From assembly GCA_023475165.1 (NCBI GenBank), contig JAMCWA010000029.1:1950-65949 (forward strand): a DNA stretch of 64,000 nt, in the 5' to 3' direction. The notes below the pieces were generated by a model. That model ran no database searches. It saw only the letters and a program-made list of their open reading frames with translations, and had not been told where the DNA came from. Below are positions 8,557 to 16,409 of this stretch, in pieces (position 1 is the first letter of the stretch; each line of letters begins with the position of its first letter). The DNA comes from Bacillota bacterium (GTDB lineage Bacteria; Bacillota; Sulfobacillia; JAMCWA01). Position numbers and translations under genes: made by a program.

Positions 8557-9693
8557 ATGGAACACGGCGAGACTGACGGTATTAGTACTCTTCTGGCCGC
8601 GGCGCAAAGGCCCAGCGCCGCTTGGCCGAAGGCGTATCCGGAGATTAAATTCTTCGGCTTCTTCTGCAGCTACTGGCCGGAAGAACTGGCTTTGAGCGTA
8701 GGCTGGGAACCATTAAGGCTTCTCCCACCCCTACAGCCGGGGATGGCCGCTCGCCTGCCAGCTTACACCTGTGCGGTGGGCCGCGGGTGTCTGGCTCAGG
8801 CGGAAAACGGTGCGTACCGCCAACTGGCCGGGGTGGGCTTTGCGCATACCTGTGACACGATGCAAAGCCTGTTTGGAGTCTGGAGGAGCCTTTTTGCCGG
8901 CGGAGAGGCTCTCCCGGGGGACGAGTCGACCTTCATGGTGGTGCCTCCCGCCAATCTTCTGGCTATCGGGGCTGAATCTTACTACCGGGCGGAGTTGGAA
9001 CTCCTCTGGCACCGCCTGATGGCGAGGGCCGGGCAAAAACCGGAGGAAGAGGCTCTGCGGGGAGCCATCAGATTGGCAAACCGGATCCGCCGTCAGGTGG
9101 AGGAACTGGAGCGAAGGCGGGCCTGGCTCCCTTCTGATCTGGTCGCCGCTTTGCTCCGGGCCGGGCAACTGATGCCCCGGGCCAACTATGACCAGCAGCT
9201 GGCCCAGGCCTTGAAGCAATTGGAGGACTACCCCTCTTCCCTGGCCGGGCGAGTCCCGTTAGTCCTGAGCGGCTCCGTTTTGGAGGGGGACGGGATTTAT
9301 CGGCTGATTGAGGACCTGGGTGGCCGGGTGGTGGCTGATGACACCTGTACCGGGACCCGCCATTATCTGGGTTTGGTGGACGAGGAGGAGGAGCCCCTCC
9401 TGGCCCTGGCCCGTCGCCACCTCTCCCGGCCGGCCTGTCCCTGCCGTCACCAGGGGTTACCAGCCAGGTTAGATCACTTGAAAGGGTTGCTCCGACAGAG
9501 GGAAGCCCGCGGGGTCCTTTTGGTCTTGCGCAAGTACTGCGAACCCCATGCCTGGGACGCCGTACCCCTGCGCGATGGTTTGAGGGACGCGGGCGTCCCC
9601 GCGTTAATCCTCGAACTGGACGGGACCGCTCCGGGAGAACAAGAGAGGACGCGCCTGCAGGCCTTTTTGGAAGGTCTGGCGGGAGGGTCTTGA
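8557..9693 (+). CDS. 2-hydroxyacyl-CoA dehydratase / benzoyl-CoA reductase BcrC-BadD-HgdB family subunit
   Basis: RBS GAGGAG. The N-terminal FFGFFCSYWPEELALSVGWEPLRL and the Cys-containing segments (HTCDTMQS, DTCTGTRH) are typical of the family. Confidence 0.8.
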   Translation: MEHGETDGISTLLAAAQRPSAAWPKAYPEIKFFGFFCSYWPEELALSVGWEPLRLLPPLQPGMAARLPAYTCAVGRGCLAQAENGAYRQLAGVGFAHTCDTMQSLFGVWRSLFAGGEALPGDESTFMVVPPANLLAIGAESYYRAELELLWHRLMARAGQKPEEEALRGAIRLANRIRRQVEELERRRAWLPSDLVAALLRAGQLMPRANYDQQLAQALKQLEDYPSSLAGRVPLVLSGSVLEGDGIYRLIEDLGGRVVADDTCTGTRHYLGLVDEEEEPLLALARRHLSRPACPCRHQGLPARLDHLKGLLRQREARGVLLVLRKYCEPHAWDAVPLRDGLRDAGVPALILELDGTAPGEQERTRLQAFLEGLAGGS

Positions 9694-9837
9694 CCGTCCT
9701 GACTCATCGGGCGCCTGAACGCCGCCCCGAGCGGATGGTTAGGGAACTTCACCCCGGCCGATACCCCCAGCATCCTCAGGGATATTGGAACATACTCCGG
9801 ATCCCACCCTATCCCATAGTGAAAGGACGTCAGGAGC

Positions 9838-11076
9838 TTGGCCAGGAAAGATTATATCCCGCTGAAAAGCAGCGGCCCTTTGCAGCGGCTGATGAAGCGC
9901 TATTACCTTTTGACTCGTTACCACCACCTTTGGGGCCGGCCCTTGCGGCGGCCACTGGCTTGGATTACCAGCGGCGCCCCGGTCGAGATCCTGCAGGCTC
10001 TTGGCATTGATTCTCTTTATCCGGAGAATTATGGGGCCATTTACGGAGCGCGGCGCAAAGGCGGGGCACTGGCCCTGGCCGCCGAAACCAAGGGTTTCTC
10101 ACCTGATCTTTGTTCTTATGCCCGGGCCAATCTTGGCGCCATTTATCACCCCGATCGCGAACCGCTGGGAGGGCTCCCCCGGCCGGATCTTCTGGTCATC
10201 AGCAGCAACATCTGCGGTACCGTTTTAAAATGGTACGAAGCCCTGGCCCGCCACTACGGCGTACCTCTCCTCATCGTCGATACCCCTTTTGTCGCCGCTG
10301 ACGACGGAGTATCCCGGCAGCACGTAGTGGCCTACGTTCGGGGACAGCTCCGGCAGCTGATCGCCGATTTGACCAAGATTACCGGGCGTCCTCTCCCCAT
10401 GACCGAACTGGAGCGGCGGATTAAGTGGAGCAACGAGGCGGTGCAACTTTGGGAGGAGATCCGCCGGCTGGGCCGGAATCGCCCCGCTCCGCTCAATGTT
10501 CCCGATCTATTCATTCAGATGGCGCCCATCGTCGTCCTGCGGGGGACACCTCAGGCGGTAGCTTACTATCGCCAGCTCTACGCCGAGGCTAAGGAGAGGG
10601 TGCGGCAGGGGCTGGGAGCCGTTCCGGGGGAAAAATACCGCCTACTTTGGGATAACATCGCCATCTGGCATCATCTTTACCGGTTTTTCAACCTTTTTTC
10701 GCGGCGCGGGGCGGCCTTTGTGGTCGACACCTACACCGCGGGATGGGCGGGGACCATGGCCCCCGGGGATCCCCTGGAAAGTCTGGCCCGGACCTATACG
10801 GAAGTTTTCCTCAACCAGTCCTTTGAGTTTCGGGTGAGACAAATGATTCAGTTGATCCGGGAGTATAAGGTGGACGGCTTTGTGATGCATTCCAACCGTT
10901 CCTGCAAGCCATACTCATTAATTCAAGAGGAAATGCGGCGGAGGGTGATGGCGGAAACGGGGGTCCCCGGGCTCATCGTCGAAGCGGATATGACCGATGA
11001 GCGGGCTTACGCCGAGGAGCCCATCAAAAACCGGGTGGAAGCCTTTTTAGAGAGCTTGGAAGGGGGCGGGGACTAG
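9838..11076 (+). CDS. 2-hydroxyacyl-CoA dehydratase family subunit (HgdA/BcrB-like)
   Basis: TTG start 10 nt after GAAAGGA. LAWITSGAPVEILQALGIDSLYPENYGA, CSYARANLG, ICGTVLKWY and HSNRSCKPYS are characteristic family segments. Confidence 0.8.
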   Translation: MARKDYIPLKSSGPLQRLMKRYYLLTRYHHLWGRPLRRPLAWITSGAPVEILQALGIDSLYPENYGAIYGARRKGGALALAAETKGFSPDLCSYARANLGAIYHPDREPLGGLPRPDLLVISSNICGTVLKWYEALARHYGVPLLIVDTPFVAADDGVSRQHVVAYVRGQLRQLIADLTKITGRPLPMTELERRIKWSNEAVQLWEEIRRLGRNRPAPLNVPDLFIQMAPIVVLRGTPQAVAYYRQLYAEAKERVRQGLGAVPGEKYRLLWDNIAIWHHLYRFFNLFSRRGAAFVVDTYTAGWAGTMAPGDPLESLARTYTEVFLNQSFEFRVRQMIQLIREYKVDGFVMHSNRSCKPYSLIQEEMRRRVMAETGVPGLIVEADMTDERAYAEEPIKNRVEAFLESLEGGGD

Positions 11077-11469
11077 TCTGGTCAGAAGTCCGCCGAAAGA
11101 TCGGTCAATCCCTTGTTCGACCCCCAGGCCGCAAGCGGTGCCAGCAGCGGATGAAAAAGCCGGCCGCGGAGCGGGGGTGCTGGCAGTTTGTGGAGGGAGG
11201 CGGCGTAGCCGCATTGGTCCGAGCTGGTACCGCCCTCCGCAAGGCGCGGCCTGAAGTCCGGACGGCGGCACGGATGCCGCCGAGCGCGGCTCTCCAGGGA
11301 TGGAGAATCCGCGCGGCACCGGACGAAAGGCCGCCGGCGAGCGGCTAAGGGCGTCAGCGTAGGGACCTGCGGTTAGCCGCCGACCACAGCAAGCTCGCCG
11401 CTAGAATGCGCTCGGCGCGAGTGACTTGCGGAGCGCATCTCCATATTTTGAAATAAATTGGCGCGAGGG

Positions 11470-12291
11470 ATGAGGTTGAAGGTGGAACATTATTTCTTGG
11501 GAGTAGACATCGGTTCTCTAACCACCAAAATCGTCCTTTTGGATGAAGGCGGGAAAATCGTGGCCCAGGCCACCCGGCGTTCGGGCTACCGCGGCAAAGA
11601 GACGGCGGAACGGTTACTGGAGGACCTGTTGCGGGAGCGGGGTTTAGGCCGGGAGCAGATCGCCAAAGTCGCGGCCACCGGCTATGGCCGGATTACTTTT
11701 CCCGCCGATCGGGAGATCTCCGAGATCACCTGCCAGGCGCGGGGGATTAACCATCTCTTTCGGGGAGTCCGCACCATCATCGACATTGGCGGGCAGGATA
11801 GCAAAGTGATCAAAATTTTGCCTAGTGGCCGGGTGGGCGATTTCGTGATGAACGATAAATGCGCGGCGGGGACGGGGCGCTTCCTGGAGGTCATGAGTCA
11901 AGCTTTGGAGGTAGACTTAGAAGAGCTGGGAAGACTGGCCGGCCTGGCGGAAAAGGCGGCAGCGATTTCCTCGACCTGTACCGTTTTCGCGGAATCGGAG
12001 GTAGTATCGTATTTGGCCCAAGGGGCCGAAAGAAGCGACATCATCGCCGGGCTTTGTGCTTCCGTGGCCGCGCGGGTAGCGGCCCTGGTCAGCCGCGTCG
12101 GTGTGGAAAAAGAGGTCCTTTTAACCGGAGGTGTGGCCCGGAACCAGGGCGTGGTGCGGGCTTTGCAGGAGAAGCTGGGTCTTGCGCTCTTGATCCCCCC
12201 AGAACCCAGTATAACGGCTGCCCTGGGCGCCGCCCTTTTTGCCCGCGACCTGGCAAGGAACAATGAAAATGTCACGATAAAAACGCGTTAA
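11470..12291 (+). CDS. ATP-dependent activase of the radical dehydratase (HgdC / BcrAD-BadFG ATPase family)
   Basis: LGVDIGSLTTKIVLLDEGG (ASKHA phosphate-1), DIGGQDSKVI, NDKCAAGTGRFLE (cluster-ligand Cys region), TGGVARNQGVV. The start is uncertain: ATG 11470 or TTG 11458. Confidence 0.85.
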   Translation: MRLKVEHYFLGVDIGSLTTKIVLLDEGGKIVAQATRRSGYRGKETAERLLEDLLRERGLGREQIAKVAATGYGRITFPADREISEITCQARGINHLFRGVRTIIDIGGQDSKVIKILPSGRVGDFVMNDKCAAGTGRFLEVMSQALEVDLEELGRLAGLAEKAAAISSTCTVFAESEVVSYLAQGAERSDIIAGLCASVAARVAALVSRVGVEKEVLLTGGVARNQGVVRALQEKLGLALLIPPEPSITAALGAALFARDLARNNENVTIKTR

Positions 12292-12374
12292 GGGGACAGA
12301 TGCCCAGGGAACTGGCATAACCAAGATATCTCCGCAATGAAAATGTCACGATAAAAACGCGTTAAGCGGACAGA
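12261..12374 (+). repeat. Direct duplication of the activase 3' end, stop codon included (40 bp, 39/40 identical, offset 74 bp)
   Basis: CAATGAAAATGTCACGATAAAAACGCGTTAAG(G/C)GGACAGA at 12261-12300 and at 12335-12374. Confidence 0.9.
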
Positions 12375-12553
12375 GAAGATGTCACTCCCTTTGACTAAGA
12401 GGTAAATGGAAGGAAATCAGGCGACTCCTGCATGTTCCCATATCAAAACTCGACAGCAGCATAGGTATGCATCCATAGGAATAATGCCCTGACACTCTTG
12501 AAAAGAGACAGCTGGCCCGGAGGATGTAATGAATGAAGCTGCGGCAATGCGAG

Positions 12554-12591
12554 CAGCCGCCAGAGCTAGTTTCTGGCGGCTGTTTCTTCTT
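12554..12591 (+). terminator. Strong orphan Rho-independent terminator in the 566-bp gap before the histidine kinase
   Basis: Perfect 11-bp stem CAGCCGCCAGA/TCTGGCGGCTG followed by TTTCTTCTT. No credible CDS ends just upstream. Confidence 0.5.
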
Positions 12592-12857
12592 GATTGCATC
12601 TCTCTGGCGATCCGCAGACCAGTTCGCAAGGTGTCTTGCCGGTGCCTGTTAAAGTCGTCTCTTCCTGTTGCTGCCCGGGTGGTTTCGCGCCACGCCTTCG
12701 GTAGCCTTCTCGGCCGCCTGGGAGGAAAAAGCCGTTTCTCGTGGAATACCTATTAACAGGTAATTTCCCGCTGGTCCTGGCTGAGCAGGGCCCCGTCGTC
12801 TGGTGTGGCCCGGGCTGCCTCGGGCGAAATGTTTTATCTCTTCTGATGGTGGAGAAG

Positions 12858-13952
12858 ATGGATAAGCATAGATTCTCCTGGCTGAGAAGGTGGGTTAATC
12901 GCTGGATGAAGCTTCTCAACCGGCTTAATCTTTTTCACAAAGTAGTCGTGGCCAATGCCTTCATCATCGCCATTGGGGCGATCGGAGGAACCTGGTTGAC
13001 CAGGCGGCTGGCCCAGCAGTCAGACGCCAAACTGGTTGTCTTTTTCGTCCTCCTGGGAGTTGCGGCCTCCATTGTCGTGAATTTCCTGGTTGTGCACCTG
13101 GTCTTCCGCCCTCTTTTTCGCTTGGAGCAGACGATGCAGGTCATTCAATCCGGTGAGGTCAACGCCAGGGTTCCCCTCGGGTTCGACGATCCGCAACTGG
13201 AGGGGTTGGCCCGGGCCTTCAATTCCATGTTGGAAGCTATTGAAGCGGCGCGGAAGGGGTTCTCTGCCCGGGTCCTGGAGGCCCAGGAGGAGGAAAGGAA
13301 ACGGATCGCCCGTGAACTCCACGATGAGACCAGCCAGGCGTTGACCACGGTGGTGATCAACCTGGAGCTGCTGGAGCGTCTCCTCCCGCCCGATTCCGGA
13401 CGGATCAAGGAGCGTCTGGCCGCGGTTCGCGACCTGGTCCTGATGACCCTGGAAGAGACCCGCCGTCTGATTCATGATCTTCGCCCGACCATCCTGGATG
13501 ATCTGGGGTTGGTCCCTGCTATCCGGTGGTATGCTAAGAGCAAGCTGGAGAGCGAGGGCATTAAGGTGGCTTATCAAATGGCGGAAGAGTGTTGCGAAAA
13601 GGTCTCCCCGGAGATCAGGACGGCTCTCTTTCGGATCGCGCAGGAAGCCATGACCAACATTCTCCGGCACGCCCGGGCGAAAAACGTTAGGATCGGACTA
13701 TGCCGGGAAGGGAAGGAAGTTCGACTCTGCCTTGAAGACGATGGTCTTGGGTTTGACGAGGGCGAGTTGGCCCGCTCGGATCCCCGGGGGCGAGGTATGG
13801 GGCTCTTCGGAATGAAGGAGCGGGCCTCGCTTCTGGGCGGGGAGGTTAAGATTCAGAGCAATCCGGGTTGCGGGACGAGGGTGTTGGTTAGAATTCCCTT
13901 GGCGGGGGGTGCGGACAGTGCCGGGAAAGATACGTGTCCTGCTGGTGGATGA
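12858..13952 (+). CDS. Sensor histidine kinase, NarX/DegS/LiaS type (TM, HAMP, HisKA_3, HATPase_c)
   Basis: Preferred start ATG 12858 after GGTGGAGAAG (ORF opens at 12741). Two hydrophobic segments, the H-box ARELHDETSQAL, NILRHARA, DDGLGFD, GMGLFGMKERA. Confidence 0.85.
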   Translation: MDKHRFSWLRRWVNRWMKLLNRLNLFHKVVVANAFIIAIGAIGGTWLTRRLAQQSDAKLVVFFVLLGVAASIVVNFLVVHLVFRPLFRLEQTMQVIQSGEVNARVPLGFDDPQLEGLARAFNSMLEAIEAARKGFSARVLEAQEEERKRIARELHDETSQALTTVVINLELLERLLPPDSGRIKERLAAVRDLVLMTLEETRRLIHDLRPTILDDLGLVPAIRWYAKSKLESEGIKVAYQMAEECCEKVSPEIRTALFRIAQEAMTNILRHARAKNVRIGLCREGKEVRLCLEDDGLGFDEGELARSDPRGRGMGLFGMKERASLLGGEVKIQSNPGCGTRVLVRIPLAGGADSAGKDTCPAGG

Positions 13953-14589
13953 TCATACCATCTTGCGGGACGGGATTCGCTTGTTGCTTTCCTCACAGGA
14001 GGACATCGAAGTGGTGGGCGAGGCCGGCGATGGCAGAGAAGCTGTAGAAAAGGTGCTTCAACTGCAACCGGATGTGGTCCTGATGGATATCGGCCTCCCG
14101 GTGATGAACGGGATTGAGGCGACCCGGACCATTACTCAGAAAAGGCCAGCAACTAAAGTTCTGGTCTTGACCATGCACGAGGATGAAGAATACGTCCTTC
14201 CCCTCCTCGCCGCCGGTGCCTCGGGCTATGTCCTGAAAAAGACCGCCTCTTCTGAGTTAATCTCGGCACTGCGCGCTGTGGCCGAGGGTAATGCCTTCCT
14301 CCATCCCGCGGTGGCCAAGACAGTTATAGACAAGTACCTGCAGGGAGCCGCGCCGGAGGGTGACTCGGGGGGACCGGACGGGTTGACAGAGCGGGAAGTG
14401 GAGGTCTTGAAGCTGGTGGCACAGGGACTTTCCAACCGCGAAATTGCCGACCGGCTCTTTATCAGCATCAAAACCGTCCAGGCCCATCGCAGCAACATCA
14501 TGGAGAAGCTTAACCTGCATGACCGGGTGGATTTGGCCAAGTACGCCATTCGCAAGGGCTTGATTGAGATGGACAAGGAAAGGAATTAG
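13909..14589 (+). CDS. NarL/LuxR-family response regulator (REC plus HTH)
   Basis: IRVLLVDDH...VVLMDIGLP...VLVLT...GYVLK receiver, and LTEREVEVLKLVAQGLSNREIADRLFISIKTVQAHRSNIMEKL HTH. The start is GTG 13909 or 13918 and overlaps the kinase 3' end. Confidence 0.9.
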   Translation: MRTVPGKIRVLLVDDHTILRDGIRLLLSSQEDIEVVGEAGDGREAVEKVLQLQPDVVLMDIGLPVMNGIEATRTITQKRPATKVLVLTMHEDEEYVLPLLAAGASGYVLKKTASSELISALRAVAEGNAFLHPAVAKTVIDKYLQGAAPEGDSGGPDGLTEREVEVLKLVAQGLSNREIADRLFISIKTVQAHRSNIMEKLNLHDRVDLAKYAIRKGLIEMDKERN

Positions 14590-14685
14590 AAGATTGGTGA
14601 AAAGCCGCGTTTGGAATGGTCAACCTGCCCGAGACACGGTGGGGGGAAGTTGAGGCCGGGCGAGCAACCGGGGGAGGCTGATGGG

Positions 14686-15171
14686 ATGCGGGAACAGGCG
14701 GAGGTTGGTGCTGAGGGTGGTCGGGGTATGGCAGGAGAAACCGAAACCGTCAAAGTGCTGCTGGTGGACCGTTTTGCCCCCTTTCATCAGTGTTTGCGTG
14801 ACGTCCTCACCCCCGAGACGGGTATGGAAGTCGTCGCCACGGCTGAGGACGGGGAACAGGCTTTGGCCAGCATTGGTCCTCTGGCCCCGGATGCTGTCCT
14901 GGTCGATGTGGGCCTTTTTCGGCCTGGCCAGGCTGGTCTTCCGGAATTGCGCCGCTTGAATGGAGTGGAGACGGCCAGGTTGATCCGAGCTCGTTACCCG
15001 GGCATGGTGATAATCCTTTTGGCCACCGAGGATCATGAAGAATACCATAGGGCGGCCAAGGGTTTGGGGTTGGATGGTTTTTTGGCTAAACGCCGCATTC
15101 AGGATGATCTGATCCAGCTCCTTGCGGAAAGTATCACCCGGCGGCGTGGGGGGCGGTTTGTTTCAGGGTAG
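14686..15171 (+). CDS. Stand-alone receiver-domain protein with a degenerate acidic pocket
   Basis: VKVLLVDRF (DR instead of DD), phospho-acceptor context AVLVDVGL, LLATED, GFLAK. No output domain. The start is uncertain: ATG 14686 after GGGGAGG, or ATG 14728. Confidence 0.65.
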   Translation: MREQAEVGAEGGRGMAGETETVKVLLVDRFAPFHQCLRDVLTPETGMEVVATAEDGEQALASIGPLAPDAVLVDVGLFRPGQAGLPELRRLNGVETARLIRARYPGMVIILLATEDHEEYHRAAKGLGLDGFLAKRRIQDDLIQLLAESITRRRGGRFVSG

Positions 15172-15552
15172 CCCCCAATGCCGTCTCCGGGCACCCCAAA
15201 GAATGAAAACATTGGTTCAGCGCGTGGCCTGGGTCGACATCGTCGCCGCGATTTTGCCCCGGCCCTTTTTGTTTTGAGCAGCAAATATCTGGCTAAGAGA
15301 AAGGCTCAAGCCTTGATTTAGAACGATCTAAGACGCGGCAGCAGCGAGCGGCCTTGAAAAGCTCGTCGTCACAGTTGGAGCGAAAAAATGCCCTACAGCA
15401 ATAGGTTGAAGACCCTAGGCCAAATTTAGGGCATGTGCCTAATGGCACAAACTGTCCGGATATCTTATGATGAGAACGAAGCGGAAAGTCGCCAGTTATG
15501 AGAGCTACTTCACAATGCGATTATCCCGAAACGTTTTGAGGAGGCATAATCG

Positions 15553-16062
15553 ATGAATATTCTCAAGGACCGTCGCTTCAGTGTTATCTGGCTCTTGCTT
15601 CGGGTTTGGCTGGGCTATCAGTGGCTGGAGGCAGGTCTGCATAAGGTTGGTGACCCCAAGTGGATGCAAACCGGTGAGGCTCTCAAGGGGTTTTGGATGA
15701 AGGCTGCCGGTCTGCTCCCCAATAGCCAGCCCGCCATCAAGTACGGTTGGTATAAGTCCTTCATTGAAGGGCTGGTCAAGAGTGGCAGTCAGGTCTGGTT
15801 TGGCAAGCTCGTTGCCCTGGGTGAAATGGCCGTTGGCCTTGCTTTGATTCTGGGCCTACTGACCACCTTTGCCGCCGTGATGGGGGCCTTCATGAACTTG
15901 AATTTTATGCTGGCCGGAAGCTCAAGCACCAATCCGGTTCTTTACACCCTGGCCATCCTGCTGATCCTGGGCGGGTCCAACGTCGGTTACTGGGGGCTGG
16001 ACCGCTTTGTCCTGACCTATCTGAAGGGAATATTGCCGAAAGGAAAGCCTTCTCCCGCCTAG
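15553..16062 (+). CDS. DoxX-family integral membrane protein
   Basis: RBS GAGGAGG. 169 aa with four hydrophobic helices and N-terminal RFSVIWLLLRVWLGYQWLEAGLHK, typical of DoxX/DoxD-like proteins. Confidence 0.7.
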   Translation: MNILKDRRFSVIWLLLRVWLGYQWLEAGLHKVGDPKWMQTGEALKGFWMKAAGLLPNSQPAIKYGWYKSFIEGLVKSGSQVWFGKLVALGEMAVGLALILGLLTTFAAVMGAFMNLNFMLAGSSSTNPVLYTLAILLILGGSNVGYWGLDRFVLTYLKGILPKGKPSPA

Positions 16063-16179
16063 TTTCGATGTAACCAAAGCCTACCCCGGTTTGCCTGCCC
16101 CCTGACCGGGGGGCAGTGAGGCCGCGAGTCCGGCAAACCGTGGTATATAATCCGGGTTTCTCACCCCTGTTCACTGCCC

Positions 16180-16206
16180 GGGGCCCCTTTGGGGCCTTTT
16201 TTTTAT
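16180..16206 (+). terminator. Rho-independent terminator after doxX
   Basis: GGCCCC-TTT-GGGGCC followed by T9. Confidence 0.7.
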
Positions 16207-16409
16207 TTTGCCGGAAGTAACGCTCACCCTCCCTGTTTGGTAGAATTGGCTGATTTGTTTTGGGACCTCTTTAGGAAGTAACGCTATGATCGCAATGTCC
16301 TTGCCGGCGAGAGAGGTAAGGCACCTGTGGAAGGCGCTTCCAGAAGCTCTTGTATACGATTTTTTGGCCGCACATATACTATTAACACCGGAAGAAAGGA
16401 GTGATCCGG

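Noticed and set aside
11151-11348. ORFs 11151..11348(+) and 11047..11319(-) in the dehydratase-activase spacer.
   Set aside because: Both are Ala/Arg/Pro/Gly-rich, neither has an SD, and they overlap each other on opposite strands. This looks like a compositional artefact of GC-rich structured DNA.
12261-12374. Interpreting the CDS-end duplications (also at 24590-24697 and 42309-42416) as diversity-generating retroelement (DGR) variable/template repeat pairs.
   Set aside because: The repeats are only 36-40 bp. The mismatches are not adenine-specific (G/C, G/A, A/G, A/C, T/G). No reverse transcriptase gene is in the window.
15443-15458. Sigma-54-like TGGCAC element upstream of doxX.
   Set aside because: The downstream element reads GTCC instead of TTGC at the -12 position, and no enhancer-binding protein gene is nearby.
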